Shown: in pieces, positions 1 through 8,849 of the stretch
Layout: every line of letters starts with the position of its first letter
Position numbering within the stretch: position 1 is the stretch's first letter
Origin: Sulfolobus acidocaldarius DSM 639
GTDB lineage: Archaea; Thermoproteota; Thermoprotei_A; Sulfolobales; Sulfolobaceae
DNA: 32,000 nucleotides
Direction of reading: 5' to 3'
Assembly: GCF_000012285.1 (NCBI RefSeq)
Contig: NC_007181.1
Coordinates: forward strand, 900,001-932,000
Made by a program: the position numbers and the translations under genes
The notes under the pieces: generated by a model
Told to the model about the DNA's origin: nothing
The model's database searches: none
The model's input: only the letters and a program-made list of their open reading frames with translations

Positions 1-1110
1 GAACATATGGCTATTGTAGGATTTGAGGGAAACCGTGGCACCCATTACTTCACAGCGTCTTTTCCGTCAGGATCTGGTAAAACATCAACTTCAATGTTAG
101 GAAGTCTGATCAGTGATGATTTAGCATTTATAAAGGAGATCGACGGTGTGTGTAGAGCAGTAAATCCTGAGATCGGTATTTTTGGAATTATTCAGGGAAT
201 AAACGAGAGGGATGACCCTGTAATATGGGATGTATTACATAAGCCAGGTGAAGTCATTTTTTCCAACGTGTTGATGACAGATGACGGAGGAGTATATTGG
301 GAAGGAAGTGAAGTAGAAAAACCCGAAAAGGGATATAACTATGAGGGAGCTTGGACTAAGGAAAGTGGAAAACCAGCTTCCCATCCTAATGCCAGGTTCA
401 CATCTCCTTTGACATCCTTCAGTAATTTAGACAAAGACTACGATAATCCACAAGGTGTTGTAATTGATGGAATAATTTTTGGAGTCAGAGACTACTCCAC
501 TTTAGTCCCTGTGACAGAGGCTTTCTCCTGGGAACACGGAGTTATAACTATAGGTGCTTCAATGGAGTCCTCTAGAACTTCAGCAGTAATTGGCAAAGCT
601 GATGTCTTAGAATTCAACCCTATGGCAATACTTGACTTCATGCCTCTGTCCCTAGGAAAATACTTAAATAACTATCTGACATTTGGCAGAAATCTCAAAT
701 ACGTCCCCAAAATATTTAGCTTCAATTATTTTCTTAAGGACGAAAACAACAAATTCCTCAATTCCAAGGAAGATAAACGTGTATGGGTTAAATGGGCTGT
801 TAAAAGAGTAGAGAGTGAGACTGACGCTATATACACACCTGTAGGGTTTATTCCATATTATGAAGATCTAAGCAAACTGTTTAACTCCACTCTGGGCAAG
901 CAGTACACAAAAGAGGCATACGAACTTCAGTTTACCCTGAAATTAAGTAAGTATCTGGAAAAGACCGAGAGGATAATGAAGATATACTCAGAGATAGCAG
1001 ACACGCCGATAGAGGTTATTAATGAATTGAAAGCACAAAAGGACAGGCTATTAGACTACATAAATAGATATGGCGACAAGGTATCTCCTTTCCAGTTAGT
1101 GAAGAGCTAA
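1..1110 (+). CDS. pckG: Phosphoenolpyruvate carboxykinase (GTP), C-terminal part; the 5' end lies outside the window
   Basis: The frame-1 ORF is open from base 1; the track ORF 7..1110 only marks the first Met. [12 protein letters not shown] resembles the FPSACGKT kinase P-loop of GTP-PEPCKs, and HPNARFT resembles their NPNSRF motif. Stop TAA at 1108-1110. Confidence 0.8.
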
Positions 1111-1174
1111 AACTTCTCTTTTTTCCCACTTAACACTACACTCGTCAAGGTATGTGATTTACATTAGTCTAAAC

Positions 1175-2071
1175 CTATTGTTCAGGATCTTTTTTCCTGC
1201 TTCCACTTATTAGGCTCCGTAACTCTGATGTAAAATCAGTTAATGGCTTCATGTCCACTCCCTCAAATTTCTTAACTATCTCCTTTATTGACTTGTTTAT
1301 GCCGGGGATCACCAGGTCCTCATTCAACTCCATTAGCGGAATTGCTAAAAACTCTCTCTTCTCTATCTCCGGGTCTGGAACAGTTACCCCTTCCTCGTTT
1401 ATCACTTGGTTTCCATACAGTACTAAATCGAGATCAATAGTCCTAGGTAAGAATTTATTCTTTGTCCTTTCTCTCCCTAGTTCACTCTCAATTCTCCTCA
1501 ATATGTTGTATTTCAAATCTTTCGGCGATATGTTAATTCTGCTCTCAACGACGCAGTTAAAGTAGTCAGGTTGATCTGGGGGGATAGGCTTAGTAAGATA
1601 CACTGTGGAAATTTTCTTAATTTTAATCATTTTGTCTAGTAACTCTATTGCTCTTCTAACGTTATCTTCAGGGTTAATGTTAGACCCAATTGATATATAC
1701 ACTTTAGCTAAGTTATCCCTTCTCTTTGCTCTTACTTCGACTGAAACATTTTTCGCTCTGCTCAACGCACCCGGTTTTCCGACCTTTATCACAACTTTCT
1801 TTATTCTATTGTCTTGGAGAACAACCTTACTCAGCCTATAGGCAAGGCTCTCAAGTAAGTTAAAGGAAGAGTTCTCCACATAAGAGATGATCTCCTTCTT
1901 TAAGACTTTATAGTCAACAGTTTCTGGTAGCTGATCACTTTTAGCTCCTTTCCTTAGATCAGCCCAGTAATATACGTCTATAGACACCTCCTGTCTCGTC
2001 TCTTTCTCCTGAGGGTTCACGCCAATAATTGTGTACAATCTTAAGTCCTCTATGGAAACCTTGTATGTCAT
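1175..2071 (-). CDS. Bifunctional dihydroneopterin aldolase (FolB-like, N-terminal) / 6-hydroxymethyl-dihydropterin pyrophosphokinase (FolK/HPPK-like, C-terminal)
   Basis: The N-terminal ~115 aa fit the DHNA pattern (IIGVNPQEKETRQEVSIDV, TVDYKVL, LLESLA). The C-terminal half fits HPPK (VYISIGSNI..., PRTIDLDLVLYG). The start ATG overlaps the upstream SDR stop (ATGA). Confidence 0.75.
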   Translation of the reverse strand: MTYKVSIEDLRLYTIIGVNPQEKETRQEVSIDVYYWADLRKGAKSDQLPETVDYKVLKKEIISYVENSSFNLLESLAYRLSKVVLQDNRIKKVVIKVGKPGALSRAKNVSVEVRAKRRDNLAKVYISIGSNINPEDNVRRAIELLDKMIKIKKISTVYLTKPIPPDQPDYFNCVVESRINISPKDLKYNILRRIESELGRERTKNKFLPRTIDLDLVLYGNQVINEEGVTVPDPEIEKREFLAIPLMELNEDLVIPGINKSIKEIVKKFEGVDMKPLTDFTSELRSLISGSRKKDPEQ

Positions 2072-2793
2072 AAGACCACCCTTGGAGTTAGGTGTTCTCC
2101 GCCATCAACATAGATTATCTGTCCTGTAATGAAATCGCTCTTTAGAAGGAAGATTACGGCATTTACAACTTCCTCCACGTTACCATACCTCTTCATGGGG
2201 ACAAAGCTCTTCAGATTCTCTAGATATGAGTTATCCTTACCTTCAGGTGGTAGTATCAGTCCAGGGGCAACTCCATTAACCTGAAAGGAAGGAGACAATT
2301 TTAGAGCTAGAGAAACTGTTATGATCTCCAGTAATTTCTTGCTCAGGAAGTAAGGATATCTCTCGAAATTATAGCCTGAAATGATTGAGTCTAATATGTT
2401 GACAATTTTGCCCTTACTCAGTTTCCTAGAGAAGTCGAGAGATAATAGTAGAGGTACCCACGAGTTTACTGTTACAATACTGTTAAGGTTTTCCATAGTA
2501 ACCTTAGAGGCTGGAAATATTGAGGCATTATTTATGAGGAAATCTAAGTTACCCTCAGTAAGTTTAAATGCGTTATCTAGAATTTTTGCGTAATCCTTAG
2601 ACAACTCTCCCTTTACTAACCAACATTTTACACCAATCTCCTCGATCTCATCCTTTAACCTCAAAGCGCTTTCTTCAGATGTATTATAATGTAAAACAAT
2701 GTTGACTCCTTCCTTAGCTAAACCCAGGGCTATGCCTCTTCCTATTCTTTTTGCACTACCTGTAATTAATGCAGTTCTTCCTTTAAGATACAC
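2068..2793 (-). CDS. Short-chain dehydrogenase/reductase, pteridine reductase (PTR1/FolM)-like
   Basis: TALITGSAKRIGRGIALGLAKEGVNIVLHY resembles the TGxxKRxG cofactor motif of PTR1-type reductases. YFLSK gives the YxxxK catalytic pair. GTG start. A 4-nt overlap with the downstream FolB-FolK gene implies co-translation. Confidence 0.55.
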   Translation of the reverse strand: MYLKGRTALITGSAKRIGRGIALGLAKEGVNIVLHYNTSEESALRLKDEIEEIGVKCWLVKGELSKDYAKILDNAFKLTEGNLDFLINNASIFPASKVTMENLNSIVTVNSWVPLLLSLDFSRKLSKGKIVNILDSIISGYNFERYPYFLSKKLLEIITVSLALKLSPSFQVNGVAPGLILPPEGKDNSYLENLKSFVPMKRYGNVEEVVNAVIFLLKSDFITGQIIYVDGGEHLTPRVVL

Positions 2794-3046
2794 ATAAAAT
2801 ATATATCACAAGAGTTTATATATTAAAGTTAGATAAAATAGTTTTTTGATAATCTTCCAGAAACATCTAAAAATATTATTTATACATTCATGAATGATGT
2901 GAAAAAATCCGTCATATTAAACCAATTATATTTAGCAATATCACGTGTAATAAAAAATACTATTCAGGAAAGTTAGAAAATTATATTAACACATACATTA
3001 GATGTAAACCAAAACATTAAATAAAGTCAATTATTAAATATACTTA

Positions 3047-4438
3047 ATGAGAACAAAAGGAGATTTTCTAAAATCTCTACGAGATGGAAGGAAAGTTTTC
3101 TATAGGGGAAAACCTGTAGAAGATATAACCGCTCATCCTATACTGAGCATAGCTGCAATTCATGCTTCAAAACTTTTCGAATATTCCGATAGAATGTATG
3201 AAGATCCCTCATTAGGTAAGGTAAGTAAATTCTTCAAGAAACCTACATCAACTCAGGACTTACTAGAGAGACATAAATTAATTTACGATACGACAATGTA
3301 CTGTAACGGAATATTCAACATATCGCAAGCAATAGGGAGTGACGCAATTTTCGCTCTTACCATCACCGCGAGACAATTGGACAGAAAATATGGTACAGAC
3401 TACACCAAAAGGATACAGAAATACCACGAATATGTTACTAAGAATGATTTGACAATAGCTACAGCTCAGACTGATGTGAAGGGAGACAGAAGCAAAAGAC
3501 CTTCAGAACAAGCAGATCCAGATATGTACGTGAGAATAGTAGATGTCAAGAGTGATGGTATTGTGGTAAGGGGAGCTAAGGCACATACAACTCAATCTGC
3601 TGTGTCAGACGAGATAATCGTGATACCAACTAGGGCTATGAAGGATAGCGATAAGGACTATGCCGTAGCCTTTGCGGTCCCTGCAAATGCACCTGGGTTG
3701 AAACTTTATGTGAGACCAATTGACGAAATTGAGGGAAACACTTCAGCAGTCTTAAGTAAGAAGGACTATGAACTTGAGACCATAACGGTTTTCGATAACG
3801 TGTTTGTCCCGTGGGATAGAGTCTTCCTCTTTAAGGAATATGATTACGCGGGAAATATCGCCATGTTATTTGCAACATATCACAGATTTACTGCATTATC
3901 CTACAGGTCAGCACTAATTAACTTATTCCTAGGCTCAGCTAGGGTTATGGCTAAGGCTAATGGAATAGAGAACGAAAAACATGTGAGAGATGATGTAGTG
4001 GATTTGATACTCTACAAGGAAATACTTAGAAGTACTGCTATAACTTCTGCCATAAGCCCTGTAATGCTAGAGGGTGTAGCAGTTCCAAACCCACTGTATG
4101 TCAATGTAGGAAAACTATACTCTAATATGCACTTCCATGACGTAATTAAGGATTTAGTTGACGTTGCAGGAGGTATTATTGCAACACTTCCATCACAAGA
4201 AGACTTCGATAGTGAAGAGGGTAAGACGATTATCAAGTACTTGAGAGGAGCTGTAGATGGAGAAGAGAGAGTAAAGATATTGAAGTTGGTTAAAGAGCTT
4301 GCAGCCAGTCCTGTAGCGGGTTATCTATTAACTGCAATGGTTCATGCGGAGGGATCAATAGAGGCTAGTAAGATAGAGTTGTTCAGAAGTTATGATTATA
4401 GGGAAGCAGAAAGTTTAATCAAAAAAATTATTGGTTAA
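3047..4438 (+). CDS. 4-hydroxybutyryl-CoA dehydratase/vinylacetyl-CoA isomerase (AbfD)/HpaB-family flavoprotein paralog lacking the Fe-S cluster cysteines
   Basis: TDVKGDRSKRPSEQADPDMYVRIV is the signature stretch of the AbfD family. The whole 463-aa protein has a single Cys (MYCNG), so the CxxxC...H...C [4Fe-4S] ligand set cannot be formed. Confidence 0.7.
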   Translation: MRTKGDFLKSLRDGRKVFYRGKPVEDITAHPILSIAAIHASKLFEYSDRMYEDPSLGKVSKFFKKPTSTQDLLERHKLIYDTTMYCNGIFNISQAIGSDAIFALTITARQLDRKYGTDYTKRIQKYHEYVTKNDLTIATAQTDVKGDRSKRPSEQADPDMYVRIVDVKSDGIVVRGAKAHTTQSAVSDEIIVIPTRAMKDSDKDYAVAFAVPANAPGLKLYVRPIDEIEGNTSAVLSKKDYELETITVFDNVFVPWDRVFLFKEYDYAGNIAMLFATYHRFTALSYRSALINLFLGSARVMAKANGIENEKHVRDDVVDLILYKEILRSTAITSAISPVMLEGVAVPNPLYVNVGKLYSNMHFHDVIKDLVDVAGGIIATLPSQEDFDSEEGKTIIKYLRGAVDGEERVKILKLVKELAASPVAGYLLTAMVHAEGSIEASKIELFRSYDYREAESLIKKIIG

Positions 4439-4455
4439 TTTCATGAATTAAACAT

Positions 4456-5214
4456 TTAAGCAATTCCTCTTTTTATACTTTCCCCTGCATCTACGACAAA
4501 TACCTGACCTGTTAATCCTTCTATCTTAAGTATAGCTGTGACAAACTCCGCAATATCCTCTGGTTCCAGCATTTTACCCATTAAGGTTGTTTTCTCCACG
4601 AATTCCTTCTCACTCATGTTCAGTAATTTATACATACTCTCTCCCAACTTTGTCTTAACCCATCCCGGAGCTATAGCATTGACCCTTATTTTAGGAGCTA
4701 ATTCAAGTGCCATGTATTTGGTCAGACTTATCACTGCTCCTTTCATTGCACCATACATCGAGAGACCATAAGCTGGTAAAACTCCTGCTATTGAGGCTAT
4801 ATTTACTATTTCTCCTCCTTCTCTCATCTCCCTTGCAAATGCTTGAGAACAATATACTACAGACTTGAAGTCTACAGAAATGTGTTTTTCAATTAGTTTA
4901 TCATCTGCGTTCATGAATAGCGAGAAAAGTCCTAATCCAGCATTGTTTACTAATATGTCCACAACTCCAAATTTGTCAAGGGTGGATTTTAGAAGTGTTT
5001 CGCAACCTTCCTTGGTTCCCACATCAGCTAAAACTCCTACAGCATCTCCACCGATTTTCTTAACCATTTCCACGGTCTCATTAACTTCTTCTGCCCTCTT
5101 CTTGGCATTTACTACTATTTTGCTACCCTCTTGGGCTAACCTTAACGCTATAGCTCTACCTATACCTCTACCAGAACCAGTCACAACGACTACTTTGTCT
5201 TTAAGAGAGTACAT
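4456..5214 (-). CDS. SDR family 3-oxoacyl-(CoA/ACP) reductase, FabG-like
   Basis: VVVTGSGRGIGRAIALRLAQEG matches TGxxxGxG. NNAG motif present. YGAMK gives YxxxK. Length is 252 aa, typical of classical SDRs. Confidence 0.75.
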   Translation of the reverse strand: MYSLKDKVVVVTGSGRGIGRAIALRLAQEGSKIVVNAKKRAEEVNETVEMVKKIGGDAVGVLADVGTKEGCETLLKSTLDKFGVVDILVNNAGLGLFSLFMNADDKLIEKHISVDFKSVVYCSQAFAREMREGGEIVNIASIAGVLPAYGLSMYGAMKGAVISLTKYMALELAPKIRVNAIAPGWVKTKLGESMYKLLNMSEKEFVEKTTLMGKMLEPEDIAEFVTAILKIEGLTGQVFVVDAGESIKRGIA

Positions 5215-5215
5215 A

Positions 5216-5230
5216 AATTACATTATGAGT
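5216..5230 (-). promoter_or_regulatory. ACTCATAATGTAATT box between TATA and the start codon of the FabG-like SDR gene (candidate TetR/FadR site)
   Basis: The minus strand reads aaatttatttatgaagACTCATAATGTAATTATG. It matches 12/15 to the box at 13031-13045, in the same position relative to TATA and ATG. Confidence 0.35.
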
Positions 5231-5292
5231 CTTCATAAATAAATTTTATTAATCAAAAAGATACTGAAAAATGTCCAGCAACAATGTTTCTT

Positions 5293-6213
5293 TTACTTAA
5301 AAATGTCCTTAAGTAGTGCCCCAATCATCACTGTCACTTGACGTGAAGTCCTTGGTGAACCCAAAAATGCATGAACATTGCCATTTACTCTAAAACTTAA
5401 TGTTGGGACACCAGATTCCATGAGCCTATAGGCATAAGCTTCTCCTTGATCCCTCAAAGGATCGTACTCTGCAGTAACGACTATAGCCTGAGGTAAGTTA
5501 GATAAGTCCTCTGCAATTAAGGGTGAAAATAATGGATTGTATAAATCTTTCTCATCTCTTATATACATTTTAACGCCGTAATCTACTGGCAAATTGATGT
5601 CAAGAAAGTACCCTTTCCTGTATCTGTTCATTGATTTTGACGCAAGATCGAGGTATACAAAAGGAACTACAGGTACTTGTGCAGTCAATTTCAATTTATT
5701 GTCTCTAGCCAACAGTGAAGTAGCAGCAACCAAATTACCTCCAGCACTTATTCCAAATGTGGCAATCTTATCCTTATCAATACCAAGTTCTCCCGCATTA
5801 TCCCTTGCCCACACTATAGCATTGAAACAATCATAGACTGCGGTTGGAAATTTATATTCAGGCGCAAGTCTGTAGTCAACCGATATGACTGTGCACTCGC
5901 AGGAGTTTGAGAGAATTCTTGAGATAGCATCTTCAGTCTCTATACTCCCTAATATCCACGCTCCTCCATGAAAGTGCATTACCAGTCCGTTGTTGGTCCT
6001 TTTAATGGGTGAATATATTCTGATGGGCAGCTCATAATCCTCTAACTTTATTTTCATATCTCTAGTTTCTCCCACAGGATCCTTTGGCACCGCCTTTGCC
6101 AACAATTCATTTACTTTTTGTCTAATTTCCTGGAACTGATATTTGGTGAAATCTATTATGTTAGCCTTATAATAAACTTGAAGGAAATTCCTCACTTCAG
6201 GATCCAACGGCAT
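5293..6213 (-). CDS. Carboxylesterase, hormone-sensitive-lipase (HSL, alpha/beta-hydrolase fold-3) family
   Basis: HFHGGAW is an HGG oxyanion motif variant. GISAGGNL is the GxSxG nucleophile elbow. C-terminal DPLRDQGEAYA and H(A/G)F match HSL family members. It is a paralog of 19178..20095. No N-terminal signal peptide is evident. Confidence 0.85.
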   Translation of the reverse strand: MPLDPEVRNFLQVYYKANIIDFTKYQFQEIRQKVNELLAKAVPKDPVGETRDMKIKLEDYELPIRIYSPIKRTNNGLVMHFHGGAWILGSIETEDAISRILSNSCECTVISVDYRLAPEYKFPTAVYDCFNAIVWARDNAGELGIDKDKIATFGISAGGNLVAATSLLARDNKLKLTAQVPVVPFVYLDLASKSMNRYRKGYFLDINLPVDYGVKMYIRDEKDLYNPLFSPLIAEDLSNLPQAIVVTAEYDPLRDQGEAYAYRLMESGVPTLSFRVNGNVHAFLGSPRTSRQVTVMIGALLKDIFK

Positions 6214-6266
6214 AACATTTAGTTTTAGTTGATAGCATAAAAAATTAATCTAAATAATTAACTTAC

Positions 6267-7436
6267 CTACCTAATTTGTGTCTTATAAACCCTTGAGTAT
6301 ATTGCTGATACCACAGGAATGGATACATCAACTTTACAGTGGGAACCATTGTAGACGTCCAGATGACCATATTTCTCTAAAAGTATCATACTATAAGGAC
6401 GATTTCCAGGGAAGGGATTATTGCTCAGCCTACCTGCTGATAATCCAAAGCCACTTATTATATCTAGGATAGGTAAGGATATTTTGCTGTACATGTTGTC
6501 AAAATCATACTTTAGATAGGGGCATTCCTTCCAGTCTAACATTGTCTGAGTTTCAAGGTATATCCTTATTGGCCAATATCTGTCAAAGGTGGACATTGTA
6601 TGTACTAACACTCTCGGATCATTATACCCTGCATATACGTTTGTTAGTAATCCCGGACCCCAACCGCTATAGAGAGTAAAAGTTGCCCATTCCAATATGT
6701 TATTCCATTTTTCACCTGTAATTGGATTGATTCTAGGTTCAAGAGGCTCTCCCGTTACAGGGTTTGTCGGTGGTGCATTAGGATTCTTATCGATATATTT
6801 AAAGAGGAAGAGAGCCCCCTTAGTACCTCCAACTTCCATTGCCCAACTCTTCGTATTCTTGATTTTCTCTAAGAGACCGTCAAAATCAAGAGAATTAGTA
6901 GGTTGCCTTAGAATAGGTCCTCCATCGAGTAAAATTAGACTCTCCAAGTCCTCAGGGAATAGAGTTGCAAAATTTACTGTAGCTAATCCTCCAAAACTTT
7001 CACCAGCTAAGAAGACCCTTTTAAAGGAAGATATCTCTTTAATAAACTCTACAACCTCCTTAATGTCATTTATCCATTGCTCCCATCCCCAATCAACCAT
7101 AAAGCCGAATTCACTCGGATCTTTCTCAGGAGACAGGAAGTGAGTCCTATAATCCATTAAATAAACATCAATGCATCTATTAGCCCAAAAGAAAGGCTCA
7201 TCAATGTCTTCATTTCTCTTCCAATCATCATCTACCGTATTAGCAGATAACTGTTCACCACTACTCCATGTTCCTGGGAGTATTAGGAGAGAGGCTATGG
7301 GTTTACATTCCTCCTTGATTAGCCTATGAACACCAATAATCCCTGAGGGTGGCGTTTTAGACTCCTTCGTCCAATAATAGTGTTTTAAACTAGGATAATC
7401 TTTACATTTGTACTCTTGTCTCAAATTCCATGTCAT
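6267..7436 (-). CDS. Alpha/beta hydrolase, lipase-like
   Basis: VFLAGESFGG is a GxSxG nucleophile elbow. Preceded by LILPGTWSSG. 389 aa, no obvious signal peptide. Sits next to the esterase and divergent from the TetR regulator. Confidence 0.65.
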   Translation of the reverse strand: MTWNLRQEYKCKDYPSLKHYYWTKESKTPPSGIIGVHRLIKEECKPIASLLILPGTWSSGEQLSANTVDDDWKRNEDIDEPFFWANRCIDVYLMDYRTHFLSPEKDPSEFGFMVDWGWEQWINDIKEVVEFIKEISSFKRVFLAGESFGGLATVNFATLFPEDLESLILLDGGPILRQPTNSLDFDGLLEKIKNTKSWAMEVGGTKGALFLFKYIDKNPNAPPTNPVTGEPLEPRINPITGEKWNNILEWATFTLYSGWGPGLLTNVYAGYNDPRVLVHTMSTFDRYWPIRIYLETQTMLDWKECPYLKYDFDNMYSKISLPILDIISGFGLSAGRLSNNPFPGNRPYSMILLEKYGHLDVYNGSHCKVDVSIPVVSAIYSRVYKTQIR

Positions 7437-7474
7437 AATTAAATTATGCTCCGGCTTGTTTATATTTCTTGATT

Positions 7475-7602
7475 AAAATTAAACTATTTGATTTATCAAA
7501 TGTATTTGTGTAAATAATTTTTCTTCACTCCAAATCCTATTAGGAAAGCTGACACTGAACCGACCTTTTAACTACAATGATAGTCGACTCAAAAATCAAG
7601 TA
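7475..7602 (+). repeat. Copy A of a duplicated promoter-operator module (its last 40 bp, 7563..7602, are identical to 8022..8061)
   Basis: Three collinear identical blocks are shared with copy B: aaaattaaactatttg (7475-7490 / 7918-7933), aatgtatttgtgtaaataat (7499-7518 / 7952-7971), and the 40-mer accttttaactacaatgatagtcgactcaaaaatcaagta (7563-7602 / 8022-8061). Confidence 0.9.
7582..7601 (+). promoter_or_regulatory. Candidate TetR operator, copy A: AGTCGACT palindrome plus ACTCAAAAATCAAGT box
   Basis: Perfect 8-bp palindrome AGTCGACT at 7582-7589, overlapping an ACT-N9-AGT dyad at 7587-7601. Further (A)GTCGA(C) cores lie at 7609-7614 and 7788-7794. Confidence 0.45.
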
Positions 7603-7917
7603 TAATATAGTCGAAATATGCCCTCTTGAATAAAACCATGAAATATAAATGAGTCTATTCTGATCTGATAAAGTTCAAACGTGCCATATTTCCTCGCGGA
7701 TTTGCTTGCTGTATTACACGTAAGCTTTTCACTTTAAATGGCAAATGATGTTGCTAGCTTCTTCCAGGTCTTCTCCTTTTAAAGAGAAGTCGACGTAGAG
7801 CCTCTAAATAAGCCTTTTGACATTAAATTATAAAATGTGGAGAGCCTCGCCCTTTAGAGTGTGGAAGAAGTCAGTGGCACAGTTCTCTTCGTTTAAGCTT
7901 TTTTGTATCTCTTCATC

Positions 7918-8061
7918 AAAATTAAACTATTTGTTTTATTCATTATATCTTAATGTATTTGTGTAAATAATCTTCTTTATTCTAATCAATAAAATTATCG
8001 GAGAAGTTTATTATCGAGTTTACCTTTTAACTACAATGATAGTCGACTCAAAAATCAAGTA
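7918..8061 (+). repeat. Copy B of the duplicated promoter-operator module, ending 11 nt before the TetR regulator start codon
   Basis: Same three identical blocks as copy A, offset by 459 bp for the 40-mer. Contains TTTTAA (8025-8030) as a candidate TATA box and the AGTCGACT palindrome. Confidence 0.9.
8041..8060 (+). promoter_or_regulatory. Candidate autoregulatory TetR operator in the regulator promoter: AGTCGACT palindrome plus ACTCAAAAATCAAGT box
   Basis: Palindrome at 8041-8048 and ACT-N9-AGT dyad at 8046-8060. They lie between the TATA-like TTTTAA (8025-8030) and the start codon (8073/8076), a position suited to promoter occlusion. The SD-like GGTGGTG lies just downstream. Confidence 0.55.
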
Positions 8062-8072
8062 GTAAAGGTGGT

Positions 8073-8663
8073 GTGATGTATAGGGCTCCTAAAACAGAAA
8101 AGGGAAAGGAATCACTAAATAAAATACTTGATGCCTCTGTTGAGCTAATTGCTGATAAGGGTTTTCTAAGCACTAGTATAAACGATATTACAAGTAAGGC
8201 TGGAGTTGCTTATGGTCTTTTCTACTTTTACTTTAAGAGTAAGCATGACATTTTAGATGAGATAATAAGGCAGTTTAACAGAAATATGAGATATTATTTG
8301 AAAACATATACACAGAACCTAGACAGTAGGATTGATGTGGAAAAAGTAGGAATGAAGAAATTCTTGGAGTGGATGAACGAGAACAAGAAGTATTATAAGA
8401 TATTCATTGAAACACAAGTCCATAGACCTGATATATATAAGTGGCACTTCATGAAGCTAGCCGAGAGATATACTACGGGTCTTTCTGAGGCAATGAGGAG
8501 GGGTGAGATAATAAATGTAGACCCTGAGTTACTGTCTTACGTTTTAATCGGTATAGCCCATATGCTTGGTAAAAGGTACGTCTTGTGGAGTAACTCTGGG
8601 CTTACATTAAAACAACAGAGAGACTTGGACTTAATTATAGAAAATATGTTAACACCAAGGTAA
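8073..8663 (+). CDS. fadR: TetR-family transcriptional regulator (acyl-CoA-responsive FadR-like)
   Basis: The N-terminal HTH is typical of TetR (LDASVELIADKGFLSTSINDITSKAGVAYGLFYFYFKSKHDIL), followed by a ~140-aa ligand domain. The gene is embedded in a beta-oxidation cluster. The start is GTG 8073 or the adjacent ATG 8076. Confidence 0.8.
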   Translation: MMYRAPKTEKGKESLNKILDASVELIADKGFLSTSINDITSKAGVAYGLFYFYFKSKHDILDEIIRQFNRNMRYYLKTYTQNLDSRIDVEKVGMKKFLEWMNENKKYYKIFIETQVHRPDIYKWHFMKLAERYTTGLSEAMRRGEIINVDPELLSYVLIGIAHMLGKRYVLWSNSGLTLKQQRDLDLIIENMLTPR

Positions 8664-8826
8664 TTGCCATTTGTTTTGTCTATATACATAATAACTTCTT
8701 ATTTTTTGAGGTCTTCCTCCTATTCCCATTTTCGCTACTTTCTACTTTACATGAAGGGAACGCAAAAGTTCTAGGTTTTATATTTTTCATTAATTAGTGA
8801 TGTTGGTTTTCAAAAAAGATTATATA

Positions 8827-8836
8827 TTAGATCTAA
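8827..8836. promoter_or_regulatory. 10-bp perfect palindrome TTAGATCTAA abutting the TATA box of the acyl-CoA dehydrogenase gene
   Basis: TATA ttatatat at 8820-8827 lies ~26 nt upstream of ATG 8850 (leaderless geometry). The palindrome occupies the TATA-to-start interval. Confidence 0.3.
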
Positions 8837-8849
8837 AGTAATTCAGTAT

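Noticed and set aside
7745-7751. Box C-like ATGATGT motifs (7745-7751 and 28262-28268), suggesting C/D-box sRNAs in the long spacers.
   Set aside because: No CTGA D or D' box and no C' box at the required spacing downstream of either motif.
7835-7966. A 43-codon ATG ORF (MWRASPFRVWKK...) in the orphan segment between the duplicated modules.
   Set aside because: It runs into repeat copy B, has a low-complexity tail (LNYLFYSLYLNVFV), and has no TATA at leaderless distance or SD. Other frames of the same region look equally protein-like, so it cannot be supported from sequence alone.
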